From Microcystis aeruginosa NIES-843 (GTDB lineage: Bacteria > Cyanobacteriota > Cyanobacteriia > Cyanobacteriales > Microcystaceae): a stretch of 32,000 nt of DNA. Positions 26,615 to 32,000 of the stretch are shown here, one piece after another (positions within the stretch are counted from its first letter, which is position 1; every line of letters starts with the position of its first letter). The notes under the pieces are model-generated. The model worked only from the letters and a program-made list of their open reading frames with translations, had not been told where the DNA came from and ran no database searches. A program made the translations under genes and the position numbers. The stretch covers positions 3,780,001-3,812,000 of the forward strand of contig NC_010296.1 of assembly GCF_000010625.1 (NCBI RefSeq). Reading direction: 5' to 3'.

Positions 26615-27550
26615 ATGTTTATTAATCCCCTTGTTTATGAGAAATCTTCTGTCTATCGTCAAGATTTTGAGACAGCGCAACCGTTTAAGCATTTGGTCAT
26701 CGATAATTTTTTAGTTAGGGAGCAAGCGCAAATTTTGCTGGAAAATTTTCCCAGTTTTAATCCGCAAAAAGCCATTAGTGAGTTAGGAAAAGTTGGCGGC
26801 AAGGCGGTTAATGAGGATTTAATCGGTTTAGGGGGTGTTTATCAACAGTTTGGCCGCTACGTTCAAGCTAAAGAGTTTTTAGAGTTAATTTCCGAATTAA
26901 CCGGTGTCGATAATTTAATTCCAGACCCTAGTTTTTATGGGGGTGGAACCCACGAAAATTTACAGGGTCAAGAATTAGACCCTCACATTGATTTTAACCT
27001 CGATGAGCGTCATTGGTATCATCGCCGCTTGAATTTATTAATCTATTTAAATCCCCAATGGCAAGCAGATTGGGGAGGGAATCTCGAGTTACATTCCAAT
27101 CCTCGTCAACCGGAAGAAAATAAGATTAAATCTTTTGTACCCATCTTTAATCGTTGTGTTATTTTTGAAACCAATGAATATTCATGGCATGGATTTTCTC
27201 AGATTAACTTACCAGAAAATCAACGGCATTTATCGCGTAAATCTCTTTCTATCTATCTCTATACCAAAGAACGTCCAGACCAGGAATTATCACCATCTCA
27301 TACAACTTTTTACATCCCGCGCCCGCTGCCAGAAAATATTCAACCCCATCAAGTTTTAAGCTCAGAAGATTACCAACAAATTAAAATTTTACTGAAAAGA
27401 CGGGATGATTTAATTCGTTTTTATCAAGATAGAGAACTGAAAGAATCTCAGGATTTAGTTAGTTTAAAATCCCATATTAAACGCTATCTATCCCTCCAAT
27501 ATCCTCGCCTATGGAAAATTATTAAAAGTTTACTCCGTTGGCGAAAGTGA
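26615..27550 (+). CDS. 2OG-Fe(II) oxygenase family protein (prolyl-hydroxylase-like)
   Basis: FKHLVIDNFL, the HxD triad element DPHIDFN, RRLNLLIYLNPQWQADWGGNLELH, and the distal His in YSWHGF. Confidence 0.78.
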   Translation: MFINPLVYEKSSVYRQDFETAQPFKHLVIDNFLVREQAQILLENFPSFNPQKAISELGKVGGKAVNEDLIGLGGVYQQFGRYVQAKEFLELISELTGVDNLIPDPSFYGGGTHENLQGQELDPHIDFNLDERHWYHRRLNLLIYLNPQWQADWGGNLELHSNPRQPEENKIKSFVPIFNRCVIFETNEYSWHGFSQINLPENQRHLSRKSLSIYLYTKERPDQELSPSHTTFYIPRPLPENIQPHQVLSSEDYQQIKILLKRRDDLIRFYQDRELKESQDLVSLKSHIKRYLSLQYPRLWKIIKSLLRWRK

Positions 27551-27554
27551 CCTG

Positions 27555-27592
27555 AGAAAAAATCCCTACTTTCCAATCAGAGAGAGTAGGGA
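27555..27592 (-). terminator. Rho-independent terminator for the transketolase-like gene
   Basis: On the minus strand, the stem UCCCUACU / AGUAGGGA (27592-27563) is followed by UUUUUU (27562-27557). It lies 27 nt after the stop at 27619. Confidence 0.6.
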
Positions 27593-27618
27593 ATAATCAA
27601 AAAAAACTAACTGGGAAC

Positions 27619-29817
27619 TTAGCCTAATAACTGGGTAGCACGCACAGTTAAAGCATTGGCAGTTAAGCCATTATAGGCCATAATTTCCCCGGCACTGGCG
27701 GTGGTTTCTCCCCGTTTCCAAGCGAAGACATCCCGACGGGTGTTACTGCGTAACATAATCGGTTCTAACATGGCGCTTGTACCACCGGTTACTCCGATTA
27801 AAGCATCACCGGCAAAGAGACTGTCAAAACCAGCATCATCGAGGAAATTATTATCAGCTGCCGAGCTAGTTTCACTCATCACATCGCTAGGACGGTAGAG
27901 ACGACGGGGATTAATTACCGAGACGATTTTTACACCGATTCCCGCTGCTTCTAACTGTTGTGCAGACTCAAAGACGGGTAATAAAGTCATATCACCAATG
28001 ACGGCAAAAACAACTTTTTTACTGCCTTCCGATTCGTGGAGAATTACGCCGCCTTTTTCTAAAGCTTGACGGGTTTGCTCAAAAGTGGTTCGCACCGGTA
28101 AAGGCGATTTACTAGCGGTGATTGTAATGCCTTTATTGCTAGTTCCTAACGCCCATTCATAACAGACTTGAATACTGTTAGCATCGCAGGGAAAGAGAGG
28201 AAAAATATTGCCATTTCGCATCATAGCGGCGAAATAATTTTCAATCTCTGGGCGTTGGTGTGTCCAACCATTACGCCCTTGCTCTAAGGCTCCGGCGGTG
28301 AATAAAGTAATAGTAGAAGGGGTGGGACGACGTAACTCGGCCATCGCTTGGGTTACAGTCTGCCAAATCGGTAAACCATTGATAGCAAAAGACTCGTAGG
28401 AACACCATAAAGTCCGCGCTCCCAAGAGAGATAAACCGACGGCTAATCCAGCACAGGCATCCTCGCTTAAAGGCTCATAAACTTGACCGTTAGGTGCTTG
28501 GAAATAGGTATCATCGCTGGTGGGGTGAATAATCTTTAAACCGACGTTAATATTATTAATTCCCGAAGCGGCATTACCATCAGCATTAGTGACGACAAAA
28601 TTGGGGTCAGCTTTACCCACAGCTACCACTAATTCCCCCATGGCAGTGGTGGCCACTTTTTTATCACCACCCACAGTATATTCCGTCATCGGTAAGGTTC
28701 CTAAATCCGGCAGCGGGAAGACTTTTTCCGTTACCACTGTTTCCACTGCCGGACCGCCTCCAGAGCGCTCGAAATTAGTACGAACAATTGCCCAAGCTTC
28801 AGGGGGTAAAGCGCGTTCTTGTAAGGCAGCAACGATATAATCTTTTTCTAAAGAATCTCCTGGATAAAGATTATGGGAAGCCGCTCCCCGTTTGTGAACT
28901 CCCGCCCCTTTAAGTTGTTTAATAATGATAACGGTTAGTTTACCTCCTAAAGCTAATTGGGCGGCTTTATCCGTGGCCATTAACACCGCTTTCATGAACT
29001 CCAGACGCTGGTTAAAAGAGAATTTGGTGCTATCTACATATTCCCCATTTTGATGAGCATTATCGAAGTCTTTGGCATTAATGAGAATCACTTCCTCGAA
29101 ACCATTACCGCGCCAATAGGCTTCCATTTCGGCGTTAGTTTTCAGGGACACCATGCTATGGTGTTCTTGGGAATAGCCATTCCAAACTAAAATCGGTAGA
29201 AAATTGGTAATTTCGGGATAAGCAGTGTGAAAATGACCAAAACTACTCATAATATACGGTTCTCCTAAACCACCATCCCCGATAGTCACAGGGAAAAGGG
29301 TATTAGGGTGTAATTTGGCCGCCGCCATGGCGAAATGTTGGCCTTGGCCCAAAGGACCAGCCGGCCCGAGCAGTCCGGGGATTTGTCCGGAAAGATGCCC
29401 TAAAAGTCCGTGTTTTTCCCGAAAACGTTCTCCCAATTCCCTGACGTTGCTGATGCCCATGGCTTCGAGAGAGCGATCGAGAAAGACGTTACTATAAAAA
29501 CCGGGGGCATGATGGCCCACTTCGGTGAAGATATTTTTCTGGCCCAACATCATCAAAGAGGCAATTACGTCGGCAGCGCTGGCAAAACCGCCGGGGTGTC
29601 CCGATTCTTTGGTAGCGGTGATTTGTAGGGTGAGGTAACGCAAAGCATCGGCGGCTAGGAGGGTTTGATAGATAGCATTCGGGTCATTAGCGGCAATAAT
29701 AGCGGTTTTTCCCTCAGCGATAGCGGCTTTTCCTGCATATTTATCAAATTCGGGTAAGGAACCCCCAAAATATTTTATTCCTTGACAAAAATCGGGAATT
29801 GTGCTAGTAGCTGTCAT
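27619..29817 (-). CDS. Thiamine-diphosphate-dependent transketolase/phosphoketolase-superfamily enzyme (atypical, 732 aa)
   Basis: SGHPGGFASAADV and GPLGQGQHFAMAAA (transketolase-type PP domain). GDGGLGEP...WNGYS (ThDP/Mg motif). LSEDACAGLAVGLSLLGARTLWCSYESFAINGL resembles the phosphoketolase Pyr domain. Confidence 0.75.
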   Translation of the reverse strand: MTATSTIPDFCQGIKYFGGSLPEFDKYAGKAAIAEGKTAIIAANDPNAIYQTLLAADALRYLTLQITATKESGHPGGFASAADVIASLMMLGQKNIFTEVGHHAPGFYSNVFLDRSLEAMGISNVRELGERFREKHGLLGHLSGQIPGLLGPAGPLGQGQHFAMAAAKLHPNTLFPVTIGDGGLGEPYIMSSFGHFHTAYPEITNFLPILVWNGYSQEHHSMVSLKTNAEMEAYWRGNGFEEVILINAKDFDNAHQNGEYVDSTKFSFNQRLEFMKAVLMATDKAAQLALGGKLTVIIIKQLKGAGVHKRGAASHNLYPGDSLEKDYIVAALQERALPPEAWAIVRTNFERSGGGPAVETVVTEKVFPLPDLGTLPMTEYTVGGDKKVATTAMGELVVAVGKADPNFVVTNADGNAASGINNINVGLKIIHPTSDDTYFQAPNGQVYEPLSEDACAGLAVGLSLLGARTLWCSYESFAINGLPIWQTVTQAMAELRRPTPSTITLFTAGALEQGRNGWTHQRPEIENYFAAMMRNGNIFPLFPCDANSIQVCYEWALGTSNKGITITASKSPLPVRTTFEQTRQALEKGGVILHESEGSKKVVFAVIGDMTLLPVFESAQQLEAAGIGVKIVSVINPRRLYRPSDVMSETSSAADNNFLDDAGFDSLFAGDALIGVTGGTSAMLEPIMLRSNTRRDVFAWKRGETTASAGEIMAYNGLTANALTVRATQLLG

Positions 29818-29947
29818 AAAATTAATATACCCCTTTACATACAGGCAATCGTTAAAACTATCTTACAGTTAGCGGTAACTCTCGATAGATGCGATATTAC
29901 ACGGGGTTTCCATAGGCGATCGACTATTTGTGCTACACTGATCGCCA

Positions 29948-31447
29948 ATGTTAACGATAAAATTAATCCTATTGATCATGTTAAATAGCAACCAATTACA
30001 GGATTTAATCAGTAAATCCCTACGTTATCTATTAATTATCGGCACTATTGCCCCCCTAACTTCCTTAGAGGCTCGCCCAGTCCAAGCCACTCCTCCGAGT
30101 AGTCCTGCACCCGCTAAAGAGGCGATTGCTCCTATCCCCGCAGAAAGCAAAGAGTACACCCTAGGAGAAGGAGATAAAGTCCGCGTCACCGTCTACCAAG
30201 TCGCCGATTTAAGCGGCGATTTCCTTGTTTTAGCCGATGGAACCCTGACTTTACCTCTGATTGGTAGCGTCAAAGTGGAGGGAATGACCGTCACCGAAGC
30301 CGGCCAAACCCTCGCTAAACGTTACACCACCTATCTCAAGCGTCCCGTGGTTACTGTTAGCATTCTCACCCCCCGGCCTCTGCAAATCGCCATCGCGGGG
30401 GAAGTCAATCGTCCGGGTACTTATACAATTAACCCCGAACAAAGCCAAAAAACGCCCCTATTGACCGAAATAATCCGGCAAGCAGGGGGAGTGACTACGG
30501 TGGCCGATATTGGTCAAGTTCAAATCCGACGCAACCTCAAGGGACAAGAACAGCTAATTCAAGCGAATCTCTGGCAATTAATCCAAAAAGGCGATAAAAC
30601 CCAAGATATTAGCCTCAGAGATGGCGATAGCATCGTTATTCCCACTAAAACGACCCTTAGCGTCGGGGAAGTCAATCAATTAGCCGATGCCAATTTTGGA
30701 CTAGATAGCGATCGAGAAATTAATGTTACTGTGGTGGGAGAAGTTTATCGTCCGGGGTCCCATCGTATTGTCCCCACTGCCAACAATAACAATAACAACA
30801 ATAATGACCAAGATCGCGGCGGCACCAGGAAACCGGCCCGACTAACCCAAGCTATCCAACAAGCGGGAGGCATCAAACCTCTGGCCGATATCCGACAGGT
30901 ACAAGTGCTGCGTTATACTCGTGACGGTTCCCAGCAGAAAATCCCCGTAGATCTCTGGAGTTTGCTCGATAAAGGTGATATGACCGGCGATATCTTTCTT
31001 CAAGAAGGTGATACGGTGATTATCCCCACCGCTACTGAAATCTCGGCCAAGGAATCGGAAACCCTAGCATCGGCCAGTTTTGCCCCTAAAACCATTAACG
31101 TGAAAGTGGTCGGGGAGGTGAAAAAACCGGGGACAATTGAAGTTCCTCCCAATACCCCTCTCAATCAGGCAATTTTAACCGCAGGAGACTTTGATAAGCG
31201 TCGGGCCAATCAGTCCACAGTGGAATTAATTCGTCTCAATCCTAACGGGACCGTTACCAAAACCTCAATTAACATCGATTTTTCCCAGGGTATCAACGAG
31301 AAAACTAACCCGATTCTCCGCAATAATGATGTGGTTGTGGTTCATCGTAGCGGTCTGGCATCTGCTACCGACACCCTCGGCACGGTTTTAAGTCCCTTTA
31401 CCGGTCTGACAGGCCTCTTCAACGGATTTTTAAATCTTTTCCGTTAA
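29948..31447 (+). CDS. Polysaccharide export protein (Wza-like: Poly_export domain plus repeated SLBB domains)
   Basis: YTLGEGDKVRVTVYQVADLSGDFLVLADGTLTLPLIGSVKVEGMTVTEA is followed by three GEVxxPG SLBB-type modules. It has a signal-like N-terminus. ATG 29978 is an alternative start. Confidence 0.82.
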   Translation: MLTIKLILLIMLNSNQLQDLISKSLRYLLIIGTIAPLTSLEARPVQATPPSSPAPAKEAIAPIPAESKEYTLGEGDKVRVTVYQVADLSGDFLVLADGTLTLPLIGSVKVEGMTVTEAGQTLAKRYTTYLKRPVVTVSILTPRPLQIAIAGEVNRPGTYTINPEQSQKTPLLTEIIRQAGGVTTVADIGQVQIRRNLKGQEQLIQANLWQLIQKGDKTQDISLRDGDSIVIPTKTTLSVGEVNQLADANFGLDSDREINVTVVGEVYRPGSHRIVPTANNNNNNNNDQDRGGTRKPARLTQAIQQAGGIKPLADIRQVQVLRYTRDGSQQKIPVDLWSLLDKGDMTGDIFLQEGDTVIIPTATEISAKESETLASASFAPKTINVKVVGEVKKPGTIEVPPNTPLNQAILTAGDFDKRRANQSTVELIRLNPNGTVTKTSINIDFSQGINEKTNPILRNNDVVVVHRSGLASATDTLGTVLSPFTGLTGLFNGFLNLFR

Positions 31448-31512
31448 AAAAGTTTACTTTACCCGGATGTCAATAGCTAAGTAATCGAGCTAATAATAGA
31501 TATAGAAACGGC

Positions 31513-31540
31513 GAAAAGTCGTGAGCAGTCACGGCTTTTC
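31513..31540 (+). terminator. Stem-loop downstream of the Wza-like gene (possible terminator)
   Basis: GAAAAGUCGUGA-GCAG-UCACGGCUUUUC forms a 12-bp stem including one G-U pair. The U-run is partly inside the stem, so efficiency is uncertain. Confidence 0.35.
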
Positions 31541-31567
31541 TGCTCAAGAGACTCAGGAAAGAAAACT

Positions 31568-31744
31568 ATGATTTTTCTCCTTACTCTAGCCCTAATCTCC
31601 CTGTCGATTAGCTACAATGTTCACGGCGAAATAATTAGCCTCAGTACCTGCTTATTAGGTCTTTTTTGTGGCTTATTAAGTTTGTTCTTTACACCCCTAC
31701 TGGTAAAAGTTTTTATCCTTGTCACTTTAGTCCTCTTTAGCTGA
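31568..31744 (+). CDS. Small hydrophobic protein (58 aa, two predicted TM helices)
   Basis: ATG preceded by AGGAAAG. Hand translation gives MIFLLTLALISLSISYNVHGEIISLSTCLLGLFCGLLSLFFTPLLVKVFILVTLVLFS. It is below the ORF-track length cut-off. Confidence 0.35.
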   Translation: MIFLLTLALISLSISYNVHGEIISLSTCLLGLFCGLLSLFFTPLLVKVFILVTLVLFS

Positions 31745-31805
31745 GATTTTAAACCCTAAACTCGACTAAAACCCTAAGCATACTTAACCCATCAAAAAAA
31801 CTGTT

Positions 31806-32000
31806 ATGCAAAAACGCTATCTCGGTCAGACTAATATAGAAATTACTCCCCTTCTCGTGGGTACTTGGCAAGCAGGAAAAAAGATGTGGGCAGGTATTGA
31901 AGATGAGGAAAGTATTAAAGCCATTCGTGCCGCTTTTGAGGCAGGAATTACCACTGTAGATACAGCCGAAATCTACGGGGAAGGTCACTCGGAATTGATT
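31806..32000 (+). CDS. Aldo/keto reductase, N-terminal 65 codons (continues beyond the window)
   Basis: MQKRYLGQTNIEITPLLVGTWQAGKKMWAGIEDEESIKAIRAAFEAGITTVDTAEIYGEGHSE matches the AKR N-terminal pattern (LG.W, DTA..YG.G.SE). Confidence 0.85.
   Translation, partial: MQKRYLGQTNIEITPLLVGTWQAGKKMWAGIEDEESIKAIRAAFEAGITTVDTAEIYGEGHSELI

Noticed and set aside
31749-31988. 79-aa minus-strand ORF
   Set aside because: It is antisense to a clear aldo/keto reductase N-terminus on the plus strand.

Overview
This is a chromosomal segment of a cyanobacterium. It carries the overlapping psbD-psbC operon and perfect HIP1 octamers (GCGATCGC) at 2154, 8726, 9208 and 9245. The gene content and MITE-rich spacers look Microcystis-like, which is inference only. 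Most of the window is ordinary housekeeping DNA. On the minus strand: psbC (partial), psbD, a lipoate-ligase-like gene, a small conserved gene, a J-domain/TPR protein, an inositol monophosphatase family gene, a [2Fe-2S] ferredoxin, a large secreted protein, homogentisate phytyltransferase, an O-methyltransferase, a membrane-anchored methyltransferase, a UPF0182 membrane protein, a GHL10-type hydrolase, an ABC permease and a transketolase-like ThDP enzyme. On the plus strand: tRNA-Ser(CGA), a CheA-like hybrid kinase, uvrB, two tandem Rpn/DUF4351-like genes, a 2OG-Fe(II) oxygenase, a Wza-like exporter, a 58-codon membrane ORF and a partial aldo/keto reductase. Many ORF-track starts are TTG/GTG extensions, and I trimmed several to better-supported ATGs. 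I did not find a convincing, self-contained new multi-gene system. The observations most worth a second look are these. (1) A near-perfect 1147-bp tandem duplication carries the uvrB 3' tail plus a nuclease-like gene, and its in-frame 12-bp (QQGL)n tract differs in copy number and codon pattern between the copies. (2) A MITE family has two copies here; one carries a nested hairpin element, and the other splits a coiled-coil gene in frame. (3) A 68-bp tandem duplication covers the 3' part of tRNA-Ser. (4) An orphan CheA-like kinase has no Hpt domain and has two receiver domains. (5) An 8x octamer G-tract array abuts a start codon. (6) A five-fold [GN]RP[VI] repeat protein of unknown function lies upstream of the membrane-anchored methyltransferase. 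All functional calls rest on my recognition of protein motifs. No database search was run.
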